DNA of 64,000 nucleotides from Candidatus Zixiibacteriota bacterium (GCA_022571845.1 JACZXB010000002.1:43979-107978), one strand, 5' to 3'; shown: positions 18,670 through 28,871, counted from the first letter of the stretch. Program-made: numbers and translations. Notes: a model not told the origin generated them from the letters alone.

Positions 18670-19851
18670 CTATTTATTCTTAGAACTGTCTGAACCAGAG
18701 TCGTTCAGTTCTCTTTGCAAAGATTGCAGATCTCGCAAGTCGACTTCAAAGTAAGTTCCGTTCTCTGTTATATCAGTGCGATTATTAATTCGCACCGGTT
18801 GACCTTCGACAGCTAACGGCAAAGTTGACATAAGAGATTTTACTCCGCTATAGGCAGTAGGGTAGTAGACGGCAGTCAGAATATGGTCCCAGCTTTTTGC
18901 TTCAGCCGGAGGAGAAAAAGAAGCCCGTCCTTCCATTCTGAATGTATAGCTGCCGGCCGGCTTAAAAAATATGCGGGTAACGTAAACCGGAAAATAGGAA
19001 GTTGATGTATTGGCGTAGCCGCCAAGTCCGGAAATTGTATAGTAGGGAAACTCCGATGGCCCCGCTTCGTCTTCATCAATCTGAATCAGCGCGTTATTTG
19101 GTCCGGTCGTGCCACTCAGTAGCAGATAGCACTTACCATGCAGCAGAATAAAGCCGTCGGCCGGGGTAGTGATGTCGACTGTTACCAGATCAGTCATGGC
19201 ATCGGTAAAAAGAGCTACCTGATCTATGTTTATGGCTGCAGTCAAGCCCGGCTCATCAAGTATCTCATGATAATCGATGGCCGACTCAGGCAGACGCACA
19301 GATTCATTGGCGCTGTCAATTCCGGATAATCTGATAGTTTCGTTCCCCAGTGAATCATAAAACGAAAGGCTGTGTTCTTCGGAGTTAGTCGCTATGGCCA
19401 GACTGTCTCTATTATCTATAGTCTTGAGATTGTAAGCAGAAAAAGCAAAAGGAGAAGCTACTAATTCAGTTCGCGGCAGGGCAGGCTCACTTGATATTAC
19501 TAACTGCAGATAAAGTTTGTCATAGTTTTGAAAATAGTCGTCACTGATAGCGTTTATTGAACCCAGCAAATGAACAAAAACTCCCCTTGCTGTTACAACC
19601 TGGGAGGTTTCTAACCACAACCTCTGTCCGGCCGTAGAGTCAGTATATAATTCGAATGACAGCTCATAGATTGAATCAGCAACAGGGTTGCCCAGGGAGT
19701 CTTCAAGAAAACCCTGATAACTTATCAGCTGTGAGGCATCTGATTCAGAAGCTACAGCAACCAGAGACATAAGCAATGCCCAAACAAAGATAATTTTGCG
19801 TTTGATAGACCGGCTGATTACCGCTAATGCTATAGTCTTGAGCGTTAACAT
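18670..19851 (-). CDS. Hypothetical secreted protein
   Basis: 393 aa. N-terminal hydrophobic signal-like segment IIFVWALLMSLVAVASE. N-terminal module ISYQGFLEDSLGNPVADSIYELSFELYTD...RLWLE resembles a recurrent module of uncharacterised surface or fibre-like proteins (from memory). Confidence 0.6.
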   Translation of the reverse strand: MLTLKTIALAVISRSIKRKIIFVWALLMSLVAVASESDASQLISYQGFLEDSLGNPVADSIYELSFELYTDSTAGQRLWLETSQVVTARGVFVHLLGSINAISDDYFQNYDKLYLQLVISSEPALPRTELVASPFAFSAYNLKTIDNRDSLAIATNSEEHSLSFYDSLGNETIRLSGIDSANESVRLPESAIDYHEILDEPGLTAAINIDQVALFTDAMTDLVTVDITTPADGFILLHGKCYLLLSGTTGPNNALIQIDEDEAGPSEFPYYTISGLGGYANTSTSYFPVYVTRIFFKPAGSYTFRMEGRASFSPPAEAKSWDHILTAVYYPTAYSGVKSLMSTLPLAVEGQPVRINNRTDITENGTYFEVDLRDLQSLQRELNDSGSDSSKNK

Positions 19852-19910
19852 ACTGCTCTTTCTTATCGGTTGTTTCTGACAATATTATTGCAGCGAGTAT
19901 ACGAGAACCA

Positions 19911-20879
19911 TCAGGCTGTTATATTCTTGTGACGCTCAAGTTCGGGGTGAATATTTTCATTGACCCCGATTGGTTTCGAGTCGCGAATACTGTGCACCAA
20001 TTCTATTGACGGCCGGGCAACTTCCAGCCCAAATCCGCTGCCCTCAAGTATGTTCTGATAAACTACCGTATGCAAGTCGGTAAATCCGGTTGAAAACTCA
20101 ATCTCGGTGCCATCAATAGAGACTGAACGAAAAGTTTTCTGTCCATCTTTGACTGAGTCCGGCGGCAGATCATTCTTGTCGATAGACAGATACCACTTTA
20201 CTGTAGCGTTCTGAAGTTCCATGAATCCTGATGATCTGGTTGGCTGGTGAAGATGAACTTCGCTGTGTTGAACTTCGCCGAATAACCACAGCAGCAGGTC
20301 AAAGAAGTGTACCCCGATATTAGTAGACAATCCGCCTGATCTTTCAGCCTGTCCCTTCCAGGACATCAGATACCAGGGGCCGCGCGAAGTTATGTAGGTC
20401 AGGTTAACTTCTTTTTTCTTTCCGGATTTTTCTTTGCCGAGCTGTTTTTTCAGTTCTATTAAAGCCGGGTGAACTCGTAACTGCAAAATAGTATATATTT
20501 TCTTGCCGCTTTCCTGTTCAAGTTCCTGAAGAGCATCAATATTCCAGGGGTTCAAAACGACAGGTTTTTCACAGATTGCGTCGGCTCCGATTCTGAGAGC
20601 CAGACGGCAATGGGCGTCGTGTAGGTAATTAGGAGAGCAGATGGAAATAAAGTCTATAGCTTTTCCCTCGCCTTCTCTTCTCAATTTGTCCAGATGTCTG
20701 TCAAACCGCTCAAATTCTGTGAAAAAACGGACATCTTCAAAGTATTTATCCAGGATACCTGCAGAATCATTGGGGTCTACGGCTGCTAACAGATTATTGC
20801 CGGTATCTTTAATCGCTTTCAAATGACGAGGGGCCACATAGCCCGAAGAGCCTGTCAATGCAAAATTCTTAGGCATCAA
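19911..20879 (-). CDS. wbpB: Gfo/Idh/MocA-family oxidoreductase, WbpB-like (UDP-GlcNAcA 3-dehydrogenase type)
   Basis: N-terminus KNFALTGSSGYVAPRHLKAIKDTGNNLLAAVDPNDS...ISICSPNYLHDAHCRLALRIGADAICEKP closely parallels the P. aeruginosa WbpB N-terminus as I remember it. Confidence 0.7.
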   Translation of the reverse strand: MMPKNFALTGSSGYVAPRHLKAIKDTGNNLLAAVDPNDSAGILDKYFEDVRFFTEFERFDRHLDKLRREGEGKAIDFISICSPNYLHDAHCRLALRIGADAICEKPVVLNPWNIDALQELEQESGKKIYTILQLRVHPALIELKKQLGKEKSGKKKEVNLTYITSRGPWYLMSWKGQAERSGGLSTNIGVHFFDLLLWLFGEVQHSEVHLHQPTRSSGFMELQNATVKWYLSIDKNDLPPDSVKDGQKTFRSVSIDGTEIEFSTGFTDLHTVVYQNILEGSGFGLEVARPSIELVHSIRDSKPIGVNENIHPELERHKNITA

Positions 20880-20998
20880 ATATCTCTCTATAATTCCCTG
20901 GAATCATTTTGTAATACAACATTTTGGCTAATAAAGCACAAAATCCTACAACATCAACAGAGAATCTTATGAAATTTCGGGAAATAGTAAGTTACTTA

Positions 20999-21223
20999 CT
21001 AAGGACAGGGGCCGGGCTGAGGGCCGCCTCTGAAAATTAAGTCGACTAGGAATGTCAAATCTAAGATATTTCCAGATATTCCGTCTCCATTTACATCCCC
21101 CTCTTCCGGACAGGCAATATCGGAGCCACCCCTGAATATCAGGTCGACAATGTAGGTCAGGTCAAGAATATCGGCTGATAGGCTATTGTCACCATTCATG
21201 TCTCCTCTTAGACCGTTACAGCA
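20999..21223 (-). other. C-terminal tandem dockerin-like module (copy A)
   Basis: CCNGLRGDMNGDNSLSADILDLTYIVDLIFRGGSDIACPEEGDVNGDGISGNILDLTFLVDLIFRGGPQPGPCP, then stop. Confidence 0.75.
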
Positions 21224-23170
21224 GCCTTCAGGAGGAGGTATCAGCGGAGATTCAAAAACAAATAACCCACTTTGCATATCTGAAACTAGTATCCTGGCCG
21301 AAGGTAAATAGGGGTATACATTCCACGCACCACTGAAGCCGAAAGTAGCAGGAGAAGTGTCAAAATGGCCTTCTTCAAACGGTGCGGTCGGATTGGAAAT
21401 ATTCCAGATTCTAAGCCCCGCCGCATAATTGGCGATTAGTAGCTTGTCACCCCTAACATAGGAGTTATGAGTCACGTTCGCCCCAGTAACTATTATATCA
21501 GCAACTTTAAAGATGCTGCTGTAATTTGAAATATCAAACACACGGGTATGATTCCCAGCAAAACCGTATTCGTCTCCGATGAATATGTAATTGCCGTCTT
21601 CGCTGAATGCTGCATTATGGGCGCCTGAGCCAGTATAATTAAAATGCCCAACCAGCTGGATTGAAGCCTTGTTGCTGACATCCAGCAAATCTATGCCGTC
21701 TCCCCAGATGCCGCAGGCAGCCAGAATGTTATTTCGAATTGCAAAATCGTGGTAGTAGAAAGTCTGATACTGACCAGCGAACTGTGGGGCGCTTGGATTA
21801 GAGATATCATAGATGACAACACCATCAGCTGACCCGCCGCCAAAATAGACATAGTCGCCGTCTACCAGACAATTATGCCTGCCTCCTGGAATTATTGATA
21901 CCTGCTGAGGGTTGCTGGGATCGCTTAAATCCACAATCATTGTAGAAGCATTTTCAGATACAACAATAGCATAATTCTGGTAAATCTTTACATCCTTTAA
22001 ATCAGCGGTGCCCGGTACAAAACCGACTTCAACCAGCGGAAAAGTATCTATATCGATAATACTCAGACCATTATCGGGGGCGCAGATAAGGGCATATTCT
22101 CTGCCAGTTGCCTGATCAACATACCCCCAGCAATCGGCGTAGTTAGAATATTTGTTCCAGTAGCCGACAAGGTTTACCTGGGTGCTCAACTCTTGTGTAA
22201 AGACAGCCGCTTCGATACTTAAGTTAATTTCAATGTCTAAGTCATCATAAGCCCTGACTTGGTAAAAGTAGGACATAAACCTGGTCAGGCCTGAATGCCA
22301 ATAATTGTTTATGGCTCCGTCCAGCACGGCTAAAGTATCAGTCGGAGGCGAAGAATTTCCCCAATAGAGCACAAAGTGATCAGCGGGGGAGCCGCTTAAA
22401 AACCAATCCAGAATGGCATCATTCTCAAAAGCAATCGCGTTCAAGCTCATCAAAGTTAATATCTCTATAGCTGCCGGCTCGGTTTCAAAATAAGTGTGTC
22501 CGGTCGCCAGCCGCGGCCACCAGGCGTAAAGAACATCCGGGTCATTAAGCAGTATATTTATGCCGGCATAGGTTGTGCCGGTAGAATCATAGGAGGAATT
22601 CATTACAAACAGGTATTCATAGTTCCCTTGTGGGCTGCTATCCGGGTCCCAATGAAAATTGACGGGAGGAGTAGAGGCATCCTCAAATTCTACAATGCAA
22701 AGATTCAGCCTGCGGGGATTAGCTGCATCTGATATGTCCCAGGCAGAACCCGGGAAAGTCCCTACTCCTGCTGAGTTGTAAGCAAAATCCCGGCGAAAGA
22801 CCTGAACGTTTGTCCAATTAGCTGTGTCACTGTCAAATTTGATTTCGACCGGTATATACTGTTCAGGGAGTATACTGCTGCCAAAGAAATCCACTCCCTT
22901 GGCCATACTTCCGCCAAAGGTCTCAAAGCCGAAATTTACACCACTCATCCATTGTGTTTCCCCAATCCAGGTAGCAAAAATTGCAGGACCATGTTCTTCA
23001 CGAAGTACTACAGATGTTTCCTGCTGCTCCTGCCAGTTTGTTGCTTTTAGAAAGAGTTTTTCATATTCGGTTAATTCGAAACCGGAATTAAGAACCGGCG
23101 GGTCTGCCTGTGCCAATGAATATAGGCAAAGAAAAGCCGCAGCTAATAGAGTTAGGAATCGTTTCGACAT
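20999..23170 (-). CDS. Secreted paralog A: novel N-terminal domain + FN3-like + LVIVD/choice-of-anchor-B beta-propeller + C-terminal tandem dockerin-like module
   Basis: Signal peptide MSKRFLTLLAAAFLCLYSLAQA (ATG at 23170, GAGGA RBS upstream). LVIVD-type repeats (GLSIIDIDTFP, MIVDLSDPSNP, GVVIYDISNPSAP, GLRIWNISNPTAP). Confidence 0.85.
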   Translation of the reverse strand: MSKRFLTLLAAAFLCLYSLAQADPPVLNSGFELTEYEKLFLKATNWQEQQETSVVLREEHGPAIFATWIGETQWMSGVNFGFETFGGSMAKGVDFFGSSILPEQYIPVEIKFDSDTANWTNVQVFRRDFAYNSAGVGTFPGSAWDISDAANPRRLNLCIVEFEDASTPPVNFHWDPDSSPQGNYEYLFVMNSSYDSTGTTYAGINILLNDPDVLYAWWPRLATGHTYFETEPAAIEILTLMSLNAIAFENDAILDWFLSGSPADHFVLYWGNSSPPTDTLAVLDGAINNYWHSGLTRFMSYFYQVRAYDDLDIEINLSIEAAVFTQELSTQVNLVGYWNKYSNYADCWGYVDQATGREYALICAPDNGLSIIDIDTFPLVEVGFVPGTADLKDVKIYQNYAIVVSENASTMIVDLSDPSNPQQVSIIPGGRHNCLVDGDYVYFGGGSADGVVIYDISNPSAPQFAGQYQTFYYHDFAIRNNILAACGIWGDGIDLLDVSNKASIQLVGHFNYTGSGAHNAAFSEDGNYIFIGDEYGFAGNHTRVFDISNYSSIFKVADIIVTGANVTHNSYVRGDKLLIANYAAGLRIWNISNPTAPFEEGHFDTSPATFGFSGAWNVYPYLPSARILVSDMQSGLFVFESPLIPPPEGCCNGLRGDMNGDNSLSADILDLTYIVDLIFRGGSDIACPEEGDVNGDGISGNILDLTFLVDLIFRGGPQPGPCP

Positions 23171-23352
23171 TGCTGTTTTCCTCAAAACTAAAGAGGTTTG
23201 ATTAGGGTCATAATTCAATGGCGGTATCTACCAGTCTAAAATAGATGATTTCCTGTCAAACGCAACCACAAATTTCTATACGGCTATATTTATGAATTGT
23301 TCGGCAGAAAAAATCTCAAAAAACGCATATCAGGAGGATTTTCAATGTTTTA

Positions 23353-23577
23353 TTAGGGGCAATCAGCTGGCGGGTCGCCGCCTCTGAAAATTAAGTCCAC
23401 TAGGTATGTCAGGTCCAGTATATCAGACTGAATGCCATCGTCATTTATGTCACTTTCAAGCGGGCACTTGCCGTTATCGCCGCTGCCCCTGAAAATAAAA
23501 TCGACTAAGAAAGTAAGGTCGAGAATATTTGCATTTGTCCCATCGGAATTAAAATCGCCTCTTTGTCCTTGACAACA
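23353..23577 (-). other. C-terminal tandem dockerin-like module (copy B)
   Basis: CCQGQRGDFNSDGTNANILDLTFLVDFIFRGSGDNGKCPLESDINDDGIQSDILDLTYLVDLIFRGGDPPADCP, then stop. Confidence 0.75.
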
Positions 23578-25839
23578 GCTGCTTGTAAACAGGAATACCA
23601 GGTCGTCAATTTCATCAATACCCGTAAAATCCAGGACACCGTCATTGTTGCGGTCGTGCAAAATACAGCAGGAAGCTGTAGAACTGGCCGGATAGTCCGC
23701 CGGATTTATAAAATTGCCGCTGCCGTCATTTTCGAATATCCTGAAGATGTTGCCGGTAAAGGAGCTTGTTACCATATCCAGGTCGCCATCTCCGTCCAGA
23801 TCACCCAGATCAATAGCTATTGCAAATGGAGGCACACTATATATTACTGCAGGAGACAGACCGCCCAGCCCGTTTCCAAAAATTACTACCGCATTATCGC
23901 CGAGGGCATTTGCAGAGACGACATCAACATTTCCGTCACCGTTAACGTCCCCGACAGCTAACATCCAGGGGCTGCCCATGGCGTCCACTTTAGATGCAAA
24001 CTCTAATCCGCCCTGGCCGTCGCCAAGCAGCAGTACTATCTCTTGGCTGCCATATGCCCCAACAAACAGATCCGGTATGCCGTCATTGTTGGCGTCGGCT
24101 GCAGCGCAGGCAAATTCACCCGATGAGCCGCTTTCAACTGGGATTACTGTAGAAAAAACTCCGTTTCCGTCATTCAAAAAAATAGTGATATTGTCGCTGC
24201 TAATATTTGAAGTACAAATATCGTCATCACCATCGCCGTCAATATCCATTACAGTTACACCCCGCATCCCAAACCCGCCGGTATATTCGACTACAGAGGT
24301 AAATCCGCCTGAACCGTCCCCAAGCAAAATCCTCAGTTTATCAGTAAAAGTTGCTCCTACGGCCAGGTCTATGATGCCATCGCCGTTAAAGTCTCCACCT
24401 TCGTTGGGACTGGCAACCCCGTTTCCGGAAAACGGATAAGTTATAAATCCAGAAAAATATCCGGTGCCGTCATTTAATGCTACCCGGACATCGTCAGCTA
24501 TCTCATTTATAATAGTAAGGTCACTGAAACCATCATCGTTTAAGTCTCCTGCATAAGCGCCATAACACTGAATATGCCCTTCGCCGCTGTCTCTTACTGT
24601 GAAAACAGTATCGAGCGTTTGGACAATAGACGAAAAATCGGATTTTGCCCAGAAACTCCAGCTATATCCGGTTGCCATCGGAGTGGCAGCAAAGGTAGTA
24701 ATTCCTTTAGACAAAGAAACAGTTATCCATTCGCCGGCAAAAAACGGTTCATCAGGAGTAAAGCGTACTTGTCTGTTCCCATTTTCGAATTGAAACAGAC
24801 CCGTAGCAGGGCCTGACCATCTTCCGAAGACTCTGAATGTCGAGCTGTTGATAGTTGACGGGTCCATTGTCGAGTCAAACTTTACTACGATGTCAGTTTG
24901 TCGCTCGGCCGCAATTTCCTGCGAGGCCGGGAATACAGAATCAACAGGCGCCAGCTGGCGAATTGTTACACTTGTTTCGAGACTAATCAAAATTTCGTTG
25001 TCCAGAGAGTCGAAAGACTTAATTCGATAAAAATTATCTGTATCCGGAGTAAGCCCGGAATGTAAGTAGGTAGTGTCAACGCCTGAGAGCTCTGCAATTA
25101 TTGAATCAGCTGCCGAGTCACCCCAGAAAAGTTTGTAATTATCGGGTTCAGTACCGGGAGAAAGCCACTGCAGATGTACTGCCAATTTTACTTGAATGGC
25201 CATAAGATTTATTCTTGGATAAATAAACAACGATGCCGGCAGACTTTCTAAAAAAGTGTGGCCATCGGCTACTCTCGGCCACCAGGCATAGAGCACATCC
25301 GGGTCGCCTGTCAAAATATTGATTTCCTCATAAGTGGTCCCAGAGGAGTCATAGGCAGAATTCATCACGAACAGATATTCGAATTTCCCGGAAGGACTAT
25401 CATCGGGATCCCATTTAAAGTTTGGGTCGGGAAGACCGCCAAAGCCGTCATCGTATTCTACTATGCAAAGATTCAGCCAGCGAGGATTAACCGGGTCGCT
25501 GATATCCCAGGCTCTGCCCGGAAAAGTGCCGACTCCGGCAGAACTGTACGGCCCCCTTCGGAAAGTTTGTACCAAAGTCCACAGAGTAGTATCAGTTTCA
25601 AACTCTATTTCGACCGGTACATAGTCATCTGTAACAACGTTGCTTCCAAAAAAATCAACACCTTTGGCAATACTTCCGCCAAAAGTTTCATAGCCAAAGT
25701 CTCTCCCGCTCATCCACTGCGGTGTTCCGGACCAAACAGCTTCAATAGGGAAGTTCTCGGCAGACAAAGCAGGGGGAGAAGTTGCCAACAAGAAAAAGAT
25801 AACGCCAAACATGTTTCTGTAATTAGAATATTGTTTCAT
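23353..25839 (-). CDS. Secreted paralog B: same novel N-terminal domain + FN3-like + SbsA/Big_5-like Ig + FG-GAP/VCBS repeats + C-terminal tandem dockerin-like module
   Basis: Signal peptide after MKQYSNYRNMFGVIFFLLATS (ATG at 25839). FG-GAP-type repeats GDLNDDGFSDL, GDFNGDGIIDLAVG, DIDGDGDDDICT, ADANNDGIPDLFVG, GDVNGDGNVDVVS, GDLDGDGDLDMVT. Confidence 0.85.
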   Translation of the reverse strand: MKQYSNYRNMFGVIFFLLATSPPALSAENFPIEAVWSGTPQWMSGRDFGYETFGGSIAKGVDFFGSNVVTDDYVPVEIEFETDTTLWTLVQTFRRGPYSSAGVGTFPGRAWDISDPVNPRWLNLCIVEYDDGFGGLPDPNFKWDPDDSPSGKFEYLFVMNSAYDSSGTTYEEINILTGDPDVLYAWWPRVADGHTFLESLPASLFIYPRINLMAIQVKLAVHLQWLSPGTEPDNYKLFWGDSAADSIIAELSGVDTTYLHSGLTPDTDNFYRIKSFDSLDNEILISLETSVTIRQLAPVDSVFPASQEIAAERQTDIVVKFDSTMDPSTINSSTFRVFGRWSGPATGLFQFENGNRQVRFTPDEPFFAGEWITVSLSKGITTFAATPMATGYSWSFWAKSDFSSIVQTLDTVFTVRDSGEGHIQCYGAYAGDLNDDGFSDLTIINEIADDVRVALNDGTGYFSGFITYPFSGNGVASPNEGGDFNGDGIIDLAVGATFTDKLRILLGDGSGGFTSVVEYTGGFGMRGVTVMDIDGDGDDDICTSNISSDNITIFLNDGNGVFSTVIPVESGSSGEFACAAADANNDGIPDLFVGAYGSQEIVLLLGDGQGGLEFASKVDAMGSPWMLAVGDVNGDGNVDVVSANALGDNAVVIFGNGLGGLSPAVIYSVPPFAIAIDLGDLDGDGDLDMVTSSFTGNIFRIFENDGSGNFINPADYPASSTASCCILHDRNNDGVLDFTGIDEIDDLVFLFTSSCCQGQRGDFNSDGTNANILDLTFLVDFIFRGSGDNGKCPLESDINDDGIQSDILDLTYLVDLIFRGGDPPADCP

Positions 25840-25897
25840 AACTTTTTCCTGTCGGCGACGTGATAACTCGCCCAAGAGCGAGTCAAAGTTTTAGCTA

Positions 25898-26119
25898 TTA
25901 TGGACAGGAGCCGGGCGCCGGGCCGCCTCTGCATATCCTGTCAATGATAAATAGCAAGTCGTCGATGTCCACTATGTTGTCGTTATTAACATCGCCTTCA
26001 TCCTCGCAGGCCGGCGCCGGTCCGCCCCTGAAAATGAAGTCAATAAGATAAACTACGTCTGTTACAGTTACGGCAGGATTTCCATCGTTGTTCATGTCGC
26101 CTCGGTTGCCTACACAACA
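25898..26119 (-). other. C-terminal tandem dockerin-like module (copy C)
   Basis: CCVGNRGDMNNDGNPAVTVTDVVYLIDFIFRGGPAPACEDEGDVNNDNIVDIDDLLFIIDRICRGGPAPGSCP, then stop. Confidence 0.75.
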
Positions 26120-28063
26120 GCTTTCTCCCGGTACGAAAGTATTGAATACATAAAGCCCGGTCTGCATATCTGAGACAATTACTTTTCCCGATTCAAAATA
26201 CGGGTAGACACCCCAGGCGCCTTCATACGAACTCATCGGAGTTTGCAAGTGAGTATCGTAAAAGGCAACTTCATAAGGGTCAGTAGGGTCTTTTACATTC
26301 CAGACGCGTAAACCGTCTACATAGTGTGCAATAAAGAGATGTTCACCCTTCACATAACTGTTGTGAGTGACAGTATTTGGGTCGACTATAATATCTGCCA
26401 CTTTGTAAATGCTGCCTAAGTTAGAAATGTCAAAGACTCTGGTATAATTACCGCTGCCAATTTCATCTCCGATAAATAGAAAGTCACCATCTTCGCTAAA
26501 GGCCGCATTATGTGCTCCCGAACCGGGGTAATTAAACTGGCCAATCAATTGTATATTGCTCTTGTCTGTTAAATCCAGAATATCTACTCCAATACCATTA
26601 ATAGCACAGGCTGCCATAGTATCATTTCTGATGGCTACATCATGGTAGCTGTAGGGACTATAGGTGTTAACATATTCAGGGTTTGCCGGATCCAATATTG
26701 AATATATTACAAGCCCTGAGGGACTTCCCCCAATTTGATAGACGTAATGTCCATCAACCAGTCCATTGTGACAGCCACTGGACATTGTTGAAACAACCTG
26801 AGGATTGGTAACATCGGATATGTCGGCTATGATGGTTGGACCACCTTCTTGAAAAATTATTGTATAGTGACTGTAAGTTTTAACATCCTTTGTGTCATTT
26901 CCACCAGCAATGAAACCTACTTCGACAAACGGTGTGTCGTTTATGTCAATAATGTACAGCCCCGAAAACCTGCCACATATTAAGGCATATTCTTTTCCAT
27001 TGGTGCTGTCAGTATAGCCCCAAATATCGCCGTAGCTGGAACTCCCGTTCCATTGGCCGAAGAGGGATAGGTTTAGAGTATTATATCTGGTTCTGGTACT
27101 TTTAACGCGACTTGAAAGCAGTTCGTTATCGAGAGAATCATACGACCTGATTTGATAGTAATAATCTATTTCTGTCATCAAGTTGGTATGAGCAAAGTCC
27201 CGAATATCCCCAGGCTGTTCTGTCAGCAATTGGTCAGGTATTGAATCTGTATCCCAGAAGATTTTGAAATTGTCAGGATTTTGACCCGGGTAGACCCAGT
27301 TGAGATAAACTGAGTCCTCAAAAGCCGTGGCCAGCAGGCCAATATAGGTATTAATAACTAATTTGGCTGTATCAGTTTCAAAAAAGGTATGGCCGTCGGC
27401 AAGCCTTGGCCACCAGGCGTAGAGATTGTCCATGTCATCCAGAAGGACATTACTATCGGCATAAGTCAGGCCGGTGCTGTCGTAGTCACTTTTCATAATT
27501 AACAGGTACTCAAACTTTCCCTGAGCGCTGTTGTCGGGGTCCCATTTAAAATTCGGGTCGGGCAGGGGGCCGCTACCATCATCATATTCAACAATACAAA
27601 CATTAAGTCGGCGCGGATTAGCAGGCTCACTTATATCCCAGACTGAGCCGGGGAAAGTACCTACACCTGCAGACCTGAAAAGGTTTTCCCTTCTAAAAAA
27701 CTGTGCATTTGACCAATTGCTACTATCTATATCAAATCTGATTTCAACAGGAATGTAGTCTGTGGAACCTAAATTACTTCCAAAAAAGTCCGCACCCTTG
27801 GCAATACTTCCGCCAAACGCTTCATAATTAAAATCAACGCCACTCATCCATTGCGGTGTGCCTATCCATTCGGCATATATCTCAATCAGGCTGTCGCCGC
27901 CGGGAAGGCTCGAACTACTTCTGTTTTCAGAATCAATGGCGCTGTTCTTTTCAGAAAAAGGCGCAAGCGGCGGGTCAGATAGTGCTGAAAAAGCAAAAAA
28001 TAAAATAGTGCAGAGTATCAGCGAAACAAGACTTATAGATTTCTTCATAAGAGGCCTTATCAT
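25898..28063 (-). CDS. Secreted paralog C: same novel N-terminal domain + FN3-like + LVIVD/choice-of-anchor-B beta-propeller + C-terminal tandem dockerin-like module
   Basis: 721 aa. Signal peptide KKSISLVSLILCTILFFAFSALS. Collinear with paralog A (GLYIIDINDTP, IIADISDVTNP, GLVIYSILDPANP, GLRVWNVKDPTDP). Confidence 0.85.
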   Translation of the reverse strand: MIRPLMKKSISLVSLILCTILFFAFSALSDPPLAPFSEKNSAIDSENRSSSSLPGGDSLIEIYAEWIGTPQWMSGVDFNYEAFGGSIAKGADFFGSNLGSTDYIPVEIRFDIDSSNWSNAQFFRRENLFRSAGVGTFPGSVWDISEPANPRRLNVCIVEYDDGSGPLPDPNFKWDPDNSAQGKFEYLLIMKSDYDSTGLTYADSNVLLDDMDNLYAWWPRLADGHTFFETDTAKLVINTYIGLLATAFEDSVYLNWVYPGQNPDNFKIFWDTDSIPDQLLTEQPGDIRDFAHTNLMTEIDYYYQIRSYDSLDNELLSSRVKSTRTRYNTLNLSLFGQWNGSSSYGDIWGYTDSTNGKEYALICGRFSGLYIIDINDTPFVEVGFIAGGNDTKDVKTYSHYTIIFQEGGPTIIADISDVTNPQVVSTMSSGCHNGLVDGHYVYQIGGSPSGLVIYSILDPANPEYVNTYSPYSYHDVAIRNDTMAACAINGIGVDILDLTDKSNIQLIGQFNYPGSGAHNAAFSEDGDFLFIGDEIGSGNYTRVFDISNLGSIYKVADIIVDPNTVTHNSYVKGEHLFIAHYVDGLRVWNVKDPTDPYEVAFYDTHLQTPMSSYEGAWGVYPYFESGKVIVSDMQTGLYVFNTFVPGESCCVGNRGDMNNDGNPAVTVTDVVYLIDFIFRGGPAPACEDEGDVNNDNIVDIDDLLFIIDRICRGGPAPGSCP

Positions 28064-28275
28064 CAGTCAAGTTGAAAGCAATTCTTGCCTACTCCAAAAT
28101 ACTAATAAAGCATATAATCGCAAACAATATTATAACGTAAGAAAGACAAGAATGTTTAGCGCAGAATTTGCTCTAGGAATTGAATTCACCAGACTTTTCG
28201 GATTATTTCGTAGACTATTTACTGAGTTCCATCGAAATTGAGATAGCTGAGACTTCAAAAAGACGAGGTTAAACT

Positions 28276-28563
28276 ATGCCCAAACACTATTTAATAATGT
28301 ATCACCCGCCCAGAGATGGATTTGCAGAAAATGCAACTCCAGATGAGTCCACAGAAGTTATGAAGCATTTTGAATATCTAAAGCAACTCCATGCAGAAAA
28401 GGTTGTGCTAATTGCAGGTAGAACTGAAGACGCCCGCTTTGGAATCGCTCTGATTGAAACAGAGAGAGAAGAAAAAGCCCGCGAGATTTTGGATAACGAT
28501 CCGGCTGTTAAAGCCAAAGTTTTTATAGCCGAGTTGCTGCCATTTAGTTTGGCGTTAAGGTAG
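28276..28563 (+). CDS. YciI-like small protein
   Basis: 95 aa. Size and the pattern HYLIMYHP...HFEYLKQLHAEKVVLIAGR...FGIALIE...AREILDNDPAV fit the YciI family as I remember it. Confidence 0.5.
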   Translation: MPKHYLIMYHPPRDGFAENATPDESTEVMKHFEYLKQLHAEKVVLIAGRTEDARFGIALIETEREEKAREILDNDPAVKAKVFIAELLPFSLALR

Positions 28564-28805
28564 CCAATAGGCATCAATTGCGCGAAACAGACTATTTATG
28601 GCCAACTGTGTTAGGGTGAGCCTCACCATCTAAAGCCGGGGGATACATTGCTGCTGCCACCAAACGTGCCACACTCGTCAAGGGCTATAACAGATTGTCA
28701 TGTATTGGATGTGTTTTATCCAATCAGGTGGGAATTGACTGATTCTGAATTCTCAGGATATGAGTCAGATTGAAAAAAACGCCAATTAGCACAGATACTT
28801 TAATA

Positions 28806-28833
28806 TTGACAGATTTCTAACTTTGATTATACT
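28806..28833 (+). promoter_or_regulatory. Putative sigma70-type promoter (TTGACA-16-TATACT)
   Basis: TTGACA at 28806..28811 and TATACT at 28828..28833, about 40 nt upstream of the 28872 start. Confidence 0.4.
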
Positions 28834-28871
28834 ACTGGTCGAGAAATAACTCAAAACCAAGAGGTGTATTC

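Noticed and set aside
20999-23577. Recent gene conversion or shuffling among dockerin-module DNA
   Set aside because: Nucleotide identity is high only over the ~40 nt encoding the most constrained peptide (gccgcctctgaaaattaagtc.actagg.atgtca) and drops elsewhere. This fits old paralogy under protein-level constraint rather than recent exchange.
23563-25863. Long plus-strand ORFs (23563..23961, 23714..24439 at 241 aa, 25258..25863 at 201 aa) antisense to paralog B
   Set aside because: They lie entirely inside a well-supported minus-strand gene. Their translations are Pro/Ser/Ile-rich low-complexity mirror products of FG-GAP and Gly/Asp codons, with no motifs. The same applies to the antisense ORFs inside the other large genes.
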